A stretch of 64,000 bases of DNA from Deltaproteobacteria bacterium (GCA_020353155.1 CP070689.1:2476315-2540314), one strand, 5' to 3'; positions 41,969-51,872 are shown, counted from the stretch's first letter. The notes: a model not told the origin generated them from the letters alone. Numbers and translations: made by a program.

Positions 41969-43561
41969 ATGACTGACCAACTATCGAAGCAAAAGGTTGA
42001 GCACACCGTTTGTCGCAATCCTGCCACAGGTGAGATCTTGGGATATTCTTCCTTGACCGACCTTAAAGAGCTTGAACAAATCATTTCCAGGGCCAAAATT
42101 GCGCAGAAATCATGGTCAAGACTGAAAGTCAGAGAGCGAGCTAGACATATGCTCCGGGTTCGGGATTATCTGGCGCAGCATGCCGAAAAAATCTCAGAGG
42201 TTATCTCCAATGACAACGGCAAAACCCGCTTGGATGCTTTGGCAACAGAGGTTCTACCTGCCGCAATGGCAGTTGACTATTACGCCAAGCAGGCTAGGAA
42301 GTTTTTGAAGACTAGATACATCTGCCCGGGAAATGTCCTGCTTTTATACAAGGTCTCAAAAATAGTACGAATGCCCTACGGGGTTATCGGGGTGATTTCG
42401 CCTTGGAACTATCCCTTTTCCATACCTTTTTCGGAGATAGTAAAGGCACTTCTTGCCGGAAATGCTGTGGTTGTTAAAACTGCTTCAGAAACTCAATGGG
42501 TTGGTCGGATTTTGGAAGAATGTTTCTTGGCAGCGGAACTACCCAAGGGAATTTTTAACTTTGTCAACATCCCCGGCCGATTTGCCGGAAGTGCTTTTCT
42601 CAAAAACGGAATTGATAAGCTCTTTTTCACAGGCTCTTTGGCAGTGGGTAAGCAACTCATGACTGAAGCTGGCGAGACCTTAACTCCACTTGTCCTCGAG
42701 CTCGGTGGCAACGATGCCATGCTCGTCTGTGAGGATGCTGATTTGTTCCGGGCATCCTCAGGAGCTGCATGGGCGGGGTTCCAAAACAGCGGTCAATCCT
42801 GTGGCGGGGTTGAGCGTGTGTATGTCCATGAACAAGTCTACGATTCATTTCTTCAACTACTCAAGAGGAAAACAGAGTCTTTACGGGTGGGCTTTGGCGA
42901 CAATTTCGAGATGGACATTGGAGCCATGACCACTGAACGCCAGGTTTCCAAAGTCAAGAGCCATCTTCGAGATGCATTGGCCAAAGGAGCTCTGGTTTAC
43001 GCCCGTTCCGCTGAACCGGCGGGTAAAGAGTCAGGCAACATTGTTCCAGCCATGGTTTTAACTGGAGTCAACCACGACATGTTAATCATGAAGGAGGAGA
43101 CCTTTGGCCCCCTTTTGGGAGTAATGAAGGTCAAAGATATGGATGAAGCCGTTGCCCTCGCCAATGACTCTCACCTTGGTCTTACCGGTTCAGTATGGTC
43201 GAGAAATAGAAGACGGGCTGAGAAACTGGGCAGGCAAATTCAGGCAGGAGTGGTTACGATTAACGATCATTTAGTCAGCCATGGTCTGGCCGAAACTCCC
43301 TGGGGTGGGGTAAAACAATCAGGAATCGGCCGCAGCCACGGCGCCATTGGATTTGATGAGATGACCCAACCCCAGGTGATAGTCCATGATTTGCTTCCTT
43401 TGGCAAGACAAAATATCTGGTGGCATCCCCACGGAAAGAAGATATATGAAGGGCTTGTGGGCGCTATCAGATTTCTTTACAGCAGGTCCATTGGGCAAAG
43501 GGTTAGAGGTTTCTACCATTTGCTCAAAATCCTACCAAGATACTTTTCGACACGAAGTTAG
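41969..43561 (+). CDS. aldehyde dehydrogenase family protein with C-terminal amphipathic extension
   Basis: 530 aa. General base in LVLELGGNDAM and catalytic Cys in FQNSGQSCGGVERVYV. Confidence 0.8.
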   Translation: MTDQLSKQKVEHTVCRNPATGEILGYSSLTDLKELEQIISRAKIAQKSWSRLKVRERARHMLRVRDYLAQHAEKISEVISNDNGKTRLDALATEVLPAAMAVDYYAKQARKFLKTRYICPGNVLLLYKVSKIVRMPYGVIGVISPWNYPFSIPFSEIVKALLAGNAVVVKTASETQWVGRILEECFLAAELPKGIFNFVNIPGRFAGSAFLKNGIDKLFFTGSLAVGKQLMTEAGETLTPLVLELGGNDAMLVCEDADLFRASSGAAWAGFQNSGQSCGGVERVYVHEQVYDSFLQLLKRKTESLRVGFGDNFEMDIGAMTTERQVSKVKSHLRDALAKGALVYARSAEPAGKESGNIVPAMVLTGVNHDMLIMKEETFGPLLGVMKVKDMDEAVALANDSHLGLTGSVWSRNRRRAEKLGRQIQAGVVTINDHLVSHGLAETPWGGVKQSGIGRSHGAIGFDEMTQPQVIVHDLLPLARQNIWWHPHGKKIYEGLVGAIRFLYSRSIGQRVRGFYHLLKILPRYFSTRS

Positions 43562-43579
43562 AGACAGGAGGAGAGTTGC

Positions 43580-45670
43580 ATGGCGGGTAAAGTGGTGAGG
43601 AGTTCCTGTCGTGCTTGCCACGGCGGTTGCGGAGTACTTGTCAGAGTTGAACAAAACAAGGTAACCAGTATAAAGGGCGACCCGGATTGCCCGGTGAACA
43701 GAGGGTGGTTGTGCATTAAAGGAAAAAGGTACCACACAATCACCCATCATCCCGAGCGCTTAACTGATCCTTTACTAAAAGGAAACGGTTCCTGGAAAAA
43801 GATATCCTGGGCAGAGGCTTATGAAAAAATAACTGATCGGTTTCTGCAAATAAAGGAACAACTCGGCCCCGAATCTCTTGTAGTAGGTTACGGTACCGGT
43901 CGGGACAATGAATCCTTTATCTACCGTTTTGCTAACACCTTTGGCACTCCAAACGTGCTCACCGCTGGCCACATGTGTTATGGGCCGCGGATTGCCACTG
44001 GAATAACCCTCTGTGGGAACCTGCCAGTGGTAGATTACGAGAGCGGACCAGCCTGTGTTATCGTCTGGGGAGCCAACCCCCTCGTTTCCCATCCTGACGA
44101 ATACAAGGGACTTTACCTCGCTCAAGCAATGAAAGGTGGTGCAAAGATTATCTGTGTTGACCCGCGACGCTCCACGGTGGCCAAACAGGCTCACCACTGG
44201 CTTCGAATCAGGCCCGGAACAGATGGGGCTCTGGCCTGGGGAATGGTAAATATTATAATTGACCAGGGGTTATTCGACCAAGAGTTCGTGGAGAACTTTG
44301 TCCATGGCTGGGAGGAGTTTTGTCAGAGGGCCAAACAATATCCCCTCTCCTGGGCGGCAGGCAAGACCGGGCTGAGGGAGGAGGAGATCCAGTCGGCTGC
44401 TGAGACCTTCGCTGCCACCAAGCCGGCAGGCATACACTGGGGTGTGGCTTTAGAGCAGTCCAAGAACTGTGTGAACACAATAAGCTTGTTGATTTACTTA
44501 ATGGCCATGACCGGGAACCTTGATCGACCAGGGGGCAGCGTTTTCTATCCAAATCCACCAGTGATAAACGCCTCTCAGCTAGGGGCTCACCGAATCTTGC
44601 CGCAGGAGGCCCGTAAGAAGCGGTTGGGTGGGAACATGTTTCGCCTGGCGGATCGCATCGGCGTGATCAACCCGAAGGGTGTTTGGGATGCCATACTGGA
44701 TGAAAAACCTTACCCAGTTAAAGGTTTGTATCTTATTAGTACCAATCCAGTTATCTCCCGGGCCAACTCCAGAGAGGTCAAGGCAGCCCTGGAAAAGGTG
44801 GACTTTCTGGTGGTGCAGGACTTTTTCCTCACACCTACTGCCCGAGAGGCGGATATAGTGCTCCCTGCCTCTACCTGGCTGGAACACGACTATGTAGCTG
44901 AGCTGTGGAAGCGCCACGGCTGGGTTGTAGCCCGTCAAAAGGCAGTGCAAGTGGGCCAGGCCCGTTCAGATTACGATATTCTCAACGAACTTGGTAAGCG
45001 GTGCTCAGCTGCCGAACACTGGTGGTCCACAGTAAAGGATGCTCTCAATTACATACTATCCCCTTCCGGCTTGAACTGGGAGGAGTTCTGCCAGCGGGGC
45101 TATTTACAGGGCGAGCGGATTTTTTTTAAGTATTTGAAAGAGGGCTTTAGCACGCCAACGGGCAAGGTGGAATTCTACTCCACCACCATGAAGAAATTGG
45201 GCTATGATCCCCTGCCGGGCTTTTTCGATCCGCCGGAAAGTCCCTGGAGTCCTCCGGAGCTCTTGGCAGAGTACCCCTTTCAGCTCATAACTGGTGCGCG
45301 CATACCATTTTTTTTCCACACGGAGAACAGGGTACCCGGACCGCTGCGTAATAAACGTCCCGATCCTTTGGTGGAAATTCATCCAAAGGTAGCTAGGAAA
45401 AAGGGAATCGCTGAGGGAGACTGGATCGAGATCAGCTCACCCCGTGGCACTGTGGTGCAAAAGGCAGTTCTCACGAACCGGGTTCCAGAAAACGTAATTG
45501 CGGCGGATCATGGGTGGTGGTTTCCCGAAAAATATGATGATCTGGGCTGGGACCGCTCCAACGTGAACCTTCTAACGGACAACGGTTATGGGGGCTGTGA
45601 TCCAGCCATGGGTGCTACAAATCTTCGTGTTCTCCTGTGCAATGTGAGAAAGGCAAGCGACCACAGTTGA
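43580..45670 (+). CDS. cytoplasmic molybdopterin (bis-MGD) oxidoreductase, DMSO-reductase superfamily, unknown substrate
   Basis: 696 aa, no Tat signal. N-terminal 4Fe-4S motif is SSCRACHGGCGVLV...GWLCIKG. The candidate Mo/W ligand context AGHMCYGPR has Cys rather than an in-frame TGA. The gene starts 18 nt after the ALDH stop. Confidence 0.8.
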   Translation: MAGKVVRSSCRACHGGCGVLVRVEQNKVTSIKGDPDCPVNRGWLCIKGKRYHTITHHPERLTDPLLKGNGSWKKISWAEAYEKITDRFLQIKEQLGPESLVVGYGTGRDNESFIYRFANTFGTPNVLTAGHMCYGPRIATGITLCGNLPVVDYESGPACVIVWGANPLVSHPDEYKGLYLAQAMKGGAKIICVDPRRSTVAKQAHHWLRIRPGTDGALAWGMVNIIIDQGLFDQEFVENFVHGWEEFCQRAKQYPLSWAAGKTGLREEEIQSAAETFAATKPAGIHWGVALEQSKNCVNTISLLIYLMAMTGNLDRPGGSVFYPNPPVINASQLGAHRILPQEARKKRLGGNMFRLADRIGVINPKGVWDAILDEKPYPVKGLYLISTNPVISRANSREVKAALEKVDFLVVQDFFLTPTAREADIVLPASTWLEHDYVAELWKRHGWVVARQKAVQVGQARSDYDILNELGKRCSAAEHWWSTVKDALNYILSPSGLNWEEFCQRGYLQGERIFFKYLKEGFSTPTGKVEFYSTTMKKLGYDPLPGFFDPPESPWSPPELLAEYPFQLITGARIPFFFHTENRVPGPLRNKRPDPLVEIHPKVARKKGIAEGDWIEISSPRGTVVQKAVLTNRVPENVIAADHGWWFPEKYDDLGWDRSNVNLLTDNGYGGCDPAMGATNLRVLLCNVRKASDHS

Positions 45671-45690
45671 AGAAGCTTGGCAAGGGCACA

Positions 45691-46155
45691 CTAAAAATAA
45701 AATCGGGCTCCGACAACCCCTTCCATATCGAATTCTGTGTCTGGAGACACGTTGAATATGGGGACTATTTCTGCAAATACGTCGAAAGGAACGCTCTTAA
45801 ATAGATGTTCCACTCCCAGAGGAAAGCGAAAACCAGCCTTGTTGTCTTTGTTATCTCGAAAAACAGCCCTGGAGCCGACGCCTAGATATATTGGCGTTTC
45901 TCCAGAGCCAGCATCGATCAAAGAATAAATGTGATAGAGGTAATCGGCATAGATGTGGAAGTCGTGATCACTGTCTGGCGACCACCCAAAGCCCACGTCG
46001 AGAGCATTATACTTATCGATAAAATATTTGCCATTTACACCCGTTGGCACACCCACGGTAACTCCCAGGCCGAATTGTTCCTCTGCCATTGCAGTTCCGG
46101 AAAGTAAAAGAACCGTTATAATCACGAGCGCGAAACCTTTTAGAGTCTTGATCAT
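45691..46155 (-). CDS. small outer-membrane beta-barrel protein
   Basis: Trimmed to the ATG at 46155 (MIKTLKGFALVIITVLLLSGTAMA), 7 nt after AAGGAG. It has an alternating beta-strand pattern and a C-terminal GARFYF with terminal Phe. Confidence 0.6.
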   Translation of the reverse strand: MIKTLKGFALVIITVLLLSGTAMAEEQFGLGVTVGVPTGVNGKYFIDKYNALDVGFGWSPDSDHDFHIYADYLYHIYSLIDAGSGETPIYLGVGSRAVFRDNKDNKAGFRFPLGVEHLFKSVPFDVFAEIVPIFNVSPDTEFDMEGVVGARFYF

Positions 46156-46236
46156 CTTACCGCTCCTTTTCTTGGATTCGGATTTGATGCTCAAAGAGAG
46201 AAATGGACCAGAATTGGTACAAACATTTCTCCACTA

Positions 46237-47412
46237 TTAAAAGATATCAGGCTGGATATCTTTGCCATAGTCTACTCCGGGCATGCCAAAGCCGTGATGT
46301 CTGAGAAATTCTTCCCGAAATCCATCAATGTCTGAAAGCATGCTAACGTTTTCCGTTGTCACTATTTCCCACAGCCTGGCTACTTCCTCCTGGACATCCT
46401 CACGCATTTCCCAATCGTCTAGACGTATTCTGCCCTTGTGGTCGGTCCTAACCGCTCCACCGGTAAAGAGGTAATCGTGATAAAGTCTGTACATTTGGTG
46501 TATACATCCCTCATGCAGTTTCTTCGCCTTCATTACCTTATACAGGAGAGATATGTAGAGGGGAACCGCCGGTATCACTGCGCTTGCTCTTGTTACCAGG
46601 GCCTTGTTTACACTGATAATGGACCTACCTCCTAGGGGTGTGAGAAGCTTGTTGATCTCGGCTGCACTCTCCTCCAAATGGGTCTTCGCCCTGCCGATTG
46701 TGCCGTGGCGATAAATGGCATTGGTAAAAGTAGGCCCGATATAGGAAAAGGCTACTGTTATAAAATTTTCCGCCAGCAGAGCGTCCTTTTGAAGGGTTTT
46801 TACCCATAACCCCCAATCCTCACCCCCCATGACCTTAACTGTGTGGGCAATTTCTTCTTCCGTTGCTGCCTCGGCCGTAGTCTCCCTAACTTCTCCGGAA
46901 AGAAAATCAACCGTCTTGGAGGTGTACTTTTCGCCAATGGGCTTGATGACTGAGGAATAGATCTCCCCGGTTTCGGCATCTATTCTTCTAGGTGCAGCTA
47001 TACTATAGATCATTAAATCAACCGCTCCTAGATGTTCTTTAATAATGTCTGATACCTCAGACTTGACTTGCTTTGAAAAAGCATCTCCATTAATGTTCCA
47101 AGCTTTGCGGCCTTCCTGTTCTGCTTCTTTCTTGAAAGATTCAATGTTATACCATCCAGCGGTGCCGGTTCTGGATTCTGTTCCAGGCCTTTCGTAGCCA
47201 ACGCCAATGGTGGAAGCCCCTGAACTGATAGTTGAAACTATGCGAGCAGCAAGGCCATAGCCGTTTGAAGCGCCAATCACAAGGACCCTTTTGGGGCCTT
47301 TGATTCTATCCTGAGCCTTGATGTAATTTATCTGAGCCTTCACCTGGGCAGCACAACCCAAAGGGTGTGCATTGAGGCAAATGTTGTTTCTTATTTTCGG
47401 CACTATGATCAT
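46237..47412 (-). CDS. fabV: trans-2-enoyl-CoA/ACP reductase (FabV/TER family)
   Basis: Trimmed to the ATG at 47412 (MIIVPKIRNNICLNAHPLGCAAQVKAQI), because the track ORF's extra 106 codons overlap the upstream gene. RVLVIGASNGYGLAARI is the family's nucleotide-binding loop. Confidence 0.85.
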   Translation of the reverse strand: MIIVPKIRNNICLNAHPLGCAAQVKAQINYIKAQDRIKGPKRVLVIGASNGYGLAARIVSTISSGASTIGVGYERPGTESRTGTAGWYNIESFKKEAEQEGRKAWNINGDAFSKQVKSEVSDIIKEHLGAVDLMIYSIAAPRRIDAETGEIYSSVIKPIGEKYTSKTVDFLSGEVRETTAEAATEEEIAHTVKVMGGEDWGLWVKTLQKDALLAENFITVAFSYIGPTFTNAIYRHGTIGRAKTHLEESAAEINKLLTPLGGRSIISVNKALVTRASAVIPAVPLYISLLYKVMKAKKLHEGCIHQMYRLYHDYLFTGGAVRTDHKGRIRLDDWEMREDVQEEVARLWEIVTTENVSMLSDIDGFREEFLRHHGFGMPGVDYGKDIQPDIF

Positions 47413-47435
47413 GGCTCTGGTCTTTTTTGGCTCGT

Positions 47436-48647
47436 CTATACTAATAACTGCTCTGCCCTTTTCATCAGTCTTCCAATAGCCATCCCTTGGGGACATCTCC
47501 TTTCGGCCAGGGAATAGTCGAAGCTCCCAATCCGAGCACGAACTTGAGATGAGAGCTGTCCATAAAGGGACCGGGCGCGATGGCGATCTCCATAGCTGTC
47601 GTAGTACATCAGATATCTCATCACCTTGGCCACCGGGATTGCACCACCCAGGGCAGTCTCGCAAATGTTGCTGCAGCCCGCACAGTAATTGGAAGCAGTC
47701 TCCCTGGCGTACTGGTCCAGGAGGCGCCAATCACCGGCCGAGAGCTTTGTTTTGTCCATGGCGGCGGCAACGTTGGACATAAGAATGGTAATGTTGGGCA
47801 TTTGGGAACAGATGGAGGCTATGTTCGGATTTGTCCAAACTGCCTTGAGCTTTGCCTGGGCATCGGTAAATCCCTTTGCAATGAAAGTGTCCACTAGTTT
47901 GGCGGCACTGGAAGAGCCAAAGGACCAACCTCCCTGGGTTTTCCTTGCCGTTAAGCCGATGCCGGCCTCTTTGCAGGCGGCAACAGCCTCCTTCATCTCC
48001 GTCTTTTGCATGATTCTATAGTTATAAGTCATCATTATGCCCTCTATCCAGCCCAGTTTGGCTGCTTCGAGCATGCATTCTTCCATGTTGCTGTGGCTGC
48101 TGAATCCGAAAAATTTGATTTTCCCTTCTGCCTTGGCTTTTTGCGCCCAGGCTTTGATACTTTTGTTGAGCTCATCGATGCCGCTTATGCCATGGACGAA
48201 GTAAAGATCGATGTAATCGGTCTTCATTCTCTCCAGTGAACGATCCAGTAGGCGAGTCATACCACTCGGATCCCTTGAATCCGACTTGCTTACCAAAAAA
48301 ACCTTGTTCCGGGCTTCAGGGTACTTGGCGAGAAAACTGCCTATTCCCCTCTCGCTTCTGCCTCCCTCGTAACAGTCAGCCGTATCCCAATAGGTAACGC
48401 CCCATTTCAGGGCCTGTCTTAGAACGAGCTGATTTGAGGGAATATCGAACATACCACCCAGTCCAAGTATCGATACTTGGGCCCCTGTTTTGCCAAAAGG
48501 CCGAGTTGGGACCAAAGCGAGTTCCGAACCAGAGGTTCCACTTATCTTGCCAATAGTCTCTTTCACGCTGAGCATGGAGCCTGCAGTGGCTGCGCCAGCC
48601 GTTCTAAGAAAGTCTCTACGCGAGAACCCACTTTGTTTCTTAGACAT
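47436..48647 (-). CDS. Tat-signal aldo/keto reductase with C-terminal Fe-S cluster motif
   Basis: Trimmed to the ATG at 48647 (MSKKQSGFSRRDFLRTAGAATAGS, twin-arginine motif SRRDFL), with AGGAGA 8 nt upstream. AKR motifs YWDTADCYEGGRSERGIG and YIDLYFVHG. The C-terminus is NYCAGCSNICE...RRCPQGM. Confidence 0.75.
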   Translation of the reverse strand: MSKKQSGFSRRDFLRTAGAATAGSMLSVKETIGKISGTSGSELALVPTRPFGKTGAQVSILGLGGMFDIPSNQLVLRQALKWGVTYWDTADCYEGGRSERGIGSFLAKYPEARNKVFLVSKSDSRDPSGMTRLLDRSLERMKTDYIDLYFVHGISGIDELNKSIKAWAQKAKAEGKIKFFGFSSHSNMEECMLEAAKLGWIEGIMMTYNYRIMQKTEMKEAVAACKEAGIGLTARKTQGGWSFGSSSAAKLVDTFIAKGFTDAQAKLKAVWTNPNIASICSQMPNITILMSNVAAAMDKTKLSAGDWRLLDQYARETASNYCAGCSNICETALGGAIPVAKVMRYLMYYDSYGDRHRARSLYGQLSSQVRARIGSFDYSLAERRCPQGMAIGRLMKRAEQLLV

Positions 48648-48668
48648 CTGTTTTTTCTCCTGTCGATT

Positions 48669-48765
48669 CACTAGGGACTAGGCACTAAGCACTATGCACT
48701 GCAATGAGTTGGTGGTGCCTAGTGCCTACTGACCAGTGCCCAGTGCTTAGTTTTATCCCTTAGTG
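48669..48765. repeat. inverted heptamer-array element (CACTAAG family)
   Basis: Left arm is cactagg gactagg cactaag cactatg cactgca. Right arm is cctagtg cctactg accagtg cccagtg cttagtt ttatccc cttagtg. Confidence 0.8.
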
Positions 48766-48816
48766 GCAGCTGACTTATGTCTTCTGCCCTCTGAGGTCTG
48801 ACCCCTGACCTCCGTC

Positions 48817-50763
48817 CTAAGTACTTCGCGGCAAGAGCATTGACCTGCCTGGGCTCCTAGATTCATTCTCCGCCGTGACCCTTATGGCCCGCCTGCCGCT
48901 CACCGGGCATTCGTGTTCGCAAATACCGCAACCAATACAGAGCTTTGGATCCACGTAAGGTTGCTGCAGTCTCACCTGAATTGAGATGGGACTATCAAGA
49001 TCTGGTGCAGAATTGGGCGCAATATTACCAGTAAGGGTTATACTATTTTTGCTGTTCTCCAATATTCGCCAACGATGTTCTCTGCCGTTGCGGGTGGTCA
49101 TGACATAGTAATCCCCTGTAGCCACTTCTCCCGACTCCAGGCTGCTGTCCATAAGCTCGAGCCGCTGTCCGGCAATTTTAGCCAGACGAAACTTACCCCC
49201 TCTCACAGTGCTGAAATACTCTCGGGTGAAGATGGCTTTTGGGCTCACAGGGCAATTTTCCTGGCAGACAATACACGGCCTGTCCATGGCCCAGGGCAGA
49301 CAGCGGCCTCTGTCTACAAACGCTGTGCCCAATCTAATTGGACCGGCCTGGATAAATTTACCTCTTCCGAGTTTCTCCTCCAGACTTATAGGGCGGATTG
49401 CGGCGGTGGGGCAGATGTGGGAGCAGGCGACACAATTAAGCTGGCAGCCACTGGTGCCGATGCGAAAATTGAGGACGGGGCTCCACAATCCTTCCAGTCC
49501 GCTTTCCAGGCTGGCGGGATGAATTATGTTGGTTGGACAAATTCGCATGCACTGGCCGCATTTAAGACAGCGACTGAGAAAATCAGGCTCTGCTAAGGCG
49601 CCAGGAGGACGAATTACAGAAGGTTGCCAGTTGGGCCCTACCAAGCCTGTCAGACGAACTATAGGTATGGCCACTGCGCCTGAGAGAAAAGAGGCGAGAA
49701 ATCCCCGCCGGGAGAGATCAGGCAATGCAACTTCGCCGGTTTCAGAGATGGTTGTGCGGTAACCCACGAGGTTGTGTGGACAGTCGTCAAGGCAGTTCAT
49801 GCATAGGACGCACTCACTTATTCGTATTTTTTCGGCTGGCTGGCAGGCTCCTTCACAATCAGTGTCACAGAGATGGCAGTGGCTGCATTCGCTGCTCGTT
49901 TCAACTACACCTATTCTCCAGATCGAAAACGCAGACAAGACGCCCAAAAAGGCTCCCAAGGGGCAGACGAACCTGCAGTAAAAGCGGGGCACCTTGAGGT
50001 TCAATAAAACCGCGGTGAGGAAGACAGCACCGATAAACCATGAGTCTGAGTAGTAGCGCTGGATGGGTGAGATCCTCTCTGTAAGAGGCAGCAAGGTCAG
50101 ATTGATGGATCGATGGATCAATGGGATCGGATCGAGCAAACCTGTCTGCAACGAAGCCACGACCAAAGTGGATGTTGGAAATAGTAAACCTAGCCCCATC
50201 CACAGGGCTAGGAGAATGAGCAGAGTTGCCAAGGCTTTTTTGCTATCGGTTACAACTCTGAGCAGGGAAAGCATGGCGAGTCCTGCCAGACAAATTACTG
50301 CCGCTATGGAGAACAGCACCGGCTTTTCGGGTACTACTCTGAGAAGATTCGATAGCAGGGAACCTGCAGCCGCTGTAAGTAAAAAGATGAGCAAGTAGTA
50401 TTTGATCGATTGGCCGGGATGGTATTTGTTGAGGGCTATTTTGGCTGAGATGGCCCTCCTTCGCCTGGCAAGATAACCAATGAAATGATGAATGGTGCCA
50501 AAGGGGCATACCCAACTACAGAAGAACCTCCCCAATAATACAGTTAGAATTACAGTGACTAAAGCCCAGAGCAGACCTTTGTAGAGGGAATTGGTGCTGA
50601 GCATTGTGGCCACCGCCACCAGAGGATCAAGCTGCAGTAGCCAGTTGACTGGCCAGCCCCTCAGTTGCCACCACTCCACTCCCAAAGTGCTGACTATACA
50701 TAGCCAGATTAGGAGAAGGAGGAAGAAGGTCTGGCTGATGCGTCTAACGGTTACTATTCGCAT
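48817..50763 (-). CDS. NapH/NosR-like polytopic membrane polyferredoxin
   Basis: 648 aa. The membrane half carries FFCSWVCPFGT and FYCRFVCPLGA. The soluble half has at least four CxxCxxCxxxC(P) motifs: CHLCDTDCEGAC, CVLCMNCLDDCP, CLKCGQCMRICP and CIGCGICEHECP. Confidence 0.8.
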   Translation of the reverse strand: MRIVTVRRISQTFFLLLLIWLCIVSTLGVEWWQLRGWPVNWLLQLDPLVAVATMLSTNSLYKGLLWALVTVILTVLLGRFFCSWVCPFGTIHHFIGYLARRRRAISAKIALNKYHPGQSIKYYLLIFLLTAAAGSLLSNLLRVVPEKPVLFSIAAVICLAGLAMLSLLRVVTDSKKALATLLILLALWMGLGLLFPTSTLVVASLQTGLLDPIPLIHRSINLTLLPLTERISPIQRYYSDSWFIGAVFLTAVLLNLKVPRFYCRFVCPLGAFLGVLSAFSIWRIGVVETSSECSHCHLCDTDCEGACQPAEKIRISECVLCMNCLDDCPHNLVGYRTTISETGEVALPDLSRRGFLASFLSGAVAIPIVRLTGLVGPNWQPSVIRPPGALAEPDFLSRCLKCGQCMRICPTNIIHPASLESGLEGLWSPVLNFRIGTSGCQLNCVACSHICPTAAIRPISLEEKLGRGKFIQAGPIRLGTAFVDRGRCLPWAMDRPCIVCQENCPVSPKAIFTREYFSTVRGGKFRLAKIAGQRLELMDSSLESGEVATGDYYVMTTRNGREHRWRILENSKNSITLTGNIAPNSAPDLDSPISIQVRLQQPYVDPKLCIGCGICEHECPVSGRRAIRVTAENESRSPGRSMLLPRST

Positions 50764-50788
50764 TGTTCAGTCGTTGAAGTCGTCCTTA

Positions 50789-50847
50789 CCAGAGGTCGGA
50801 AGTCGGATGTCAGAGATCAGCTATTTATTCTGTCCACTGACCTCTGG
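50789..50847. repeat. intergenic inverted repeat with heptamer words (GGTCGGA family)
   Basis: ccagaggtc (50789-50797) is complementary to gacctctgg (50839-50847). In between lies ggtcgga agtcgga tgtcaga gatcagc. Confidence 0.6.
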
Positions 50848-50879
50848 CATCTGTCCGCAAGCCGTAGCTCAAGGTCGGG

Positions 50880-51872
50880 CTAGGTGCTATCTATACGAAT
50901 TGGCCTGAGTGACTCATAGTCTGCAGTCCCAACCCCAGCAGTTTCCGCCTTGGCTATATAGGGTAGTTCGGCGGGTTTTTTCCCCAACAAGGAGGCGCCG
51001 AAGGCATCGGCCGCTACCTGATCAGTGCTGACAATCATGGTACCGGTTTCTTTCAAATCACCCAAGGAGCCGCCAGTGGGGCCATTTGTCATCATGGTTG
51101 TGGTGCCGTCCAACACCACCAGAGTGGGTTTGACCATGATTGCCAATTCTTTGATGATGTTATGGATGTCCTGATGAAAGATGTTTCGGCTGCCCCCCAA
51201 AAGCCCATACCAGTTTTTCATGGTCATGGAAGCGCCACTCCGATGGTGATCCTTCACCGGAGCGATACCTATTACTTTGTTTACCTTTGTGAATGGCTCC
51301 CAGAGGATCGGCCAGTTTCTGATCAATAAGGCATCAGAAACCGTTGTGGGCTGAAAAAACCCTGCTTTGGGGAGAAGGACTTTGGCTCCTGCTGATTGAG
51401 CTGCCTCTTCAATGCCGGTCAGGGAAAAACAACTTGCGGGATCGTTTATAGGGTTGTCAGTGACTACTACCGCGGAGGCCCCGGCTTTGTAACACAGTCG
51501 AGCAATTTCGGCCACCAGTTGCGGGTTTGTTGTGGCAGAAAGGATCGGGGGCGATGCGAAAGCAGCGTTGACTTTTAGTAGCACCCTATCACCTTGTTTG
51601 ACAAAGGTTTCGATTCCCCCTAAAGCTTCAAGTCCGCGGCTGATTGTCTTTACCCGGTCTAGGCCTGAAACAATACTCATCTTGCCCGTGGGGCTGGACA
51701 TGGAGAAGTCGGGAAGTGTTACCGTCTCCTCTTGTTCTTGACCTGGGTAAGGACCGGTTCCGTCGTAAAGCCAGTAACTCAAGGTGCAGGCAGCGGTAAT
51801 GGATAAACCTCCCTTGAGGAGCCGAAGAAGGAAATCCCTTCGACTGGCGGTGCGCTCCATCATGTGATTCAC
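50880..51872 (-). CDS. Tat-signal DUF362-like protein
   Basis: 330 aa. Twin-arginine signal MERTASRRDFLLRLLKGG. DUF362-like blocks are GDRVLLKVNAAF, VVLDGTTTMMTNGPTGG and IVSTDQVAADA (family assignment from memory). The GTG start overlaps the upstream stop (GTGA), and ATGs lie at 51863 and 51860. Confidence 0.6.
   Translation of the reverse strand: MNHMMERTASRRDFLLRLLKGGLSITAACTLSYWLYDGTGPYPGQEQEETVTLPDFSMSSPTGKMSIVSGLDRVKTISRGLEALGGIETFVKQGDRVLLKVNAAFASPPILSATTNPQLVAEIARLCYKAGASAVVVTDNPINDPASCFSLTGIEEAAQSAGAKVLLPKAGFFQPTTVSDALLIRNWPILWEPFTKVNKVIGIAPVKDHHRSGASMTMKNWYGLLGGSRNIFHQDIHNIIKELAIMVKPTLVVLDGTTTMMTNGPTGGSLGDLKETGTMIVSTDQVAADAFGASLLGKKPAELPYIAKAETAGVGTADYESLRPIRIDST

Noticed and set aside
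43580-45670. Selenocysteine recoding in the molybdopterin oxidoreductase.
   Set aside because: The ORF is uninterrupted, and the ligand-position residue is encoded as Cys (AGHMCYGPR). No in-frame TGA is present.
47413-47730. 106-codon N-terminal extension of the FabV ORF in the track. Analogous extensions occur on PolB (28202-28300), TatD (22267-22425), CoADR (36759-36848), OMP (46156-46194), the lipoprotein (58077-58166), PHP (53538-53606), SDR (40960-40998) and the orphan gene (62369-62434).
   Set aside because: The extensions overlap upstream genes or repeat arrays. Internal ATG or TTG codons with good RBS spacing yield the canonical family N-termini or signal peptides.
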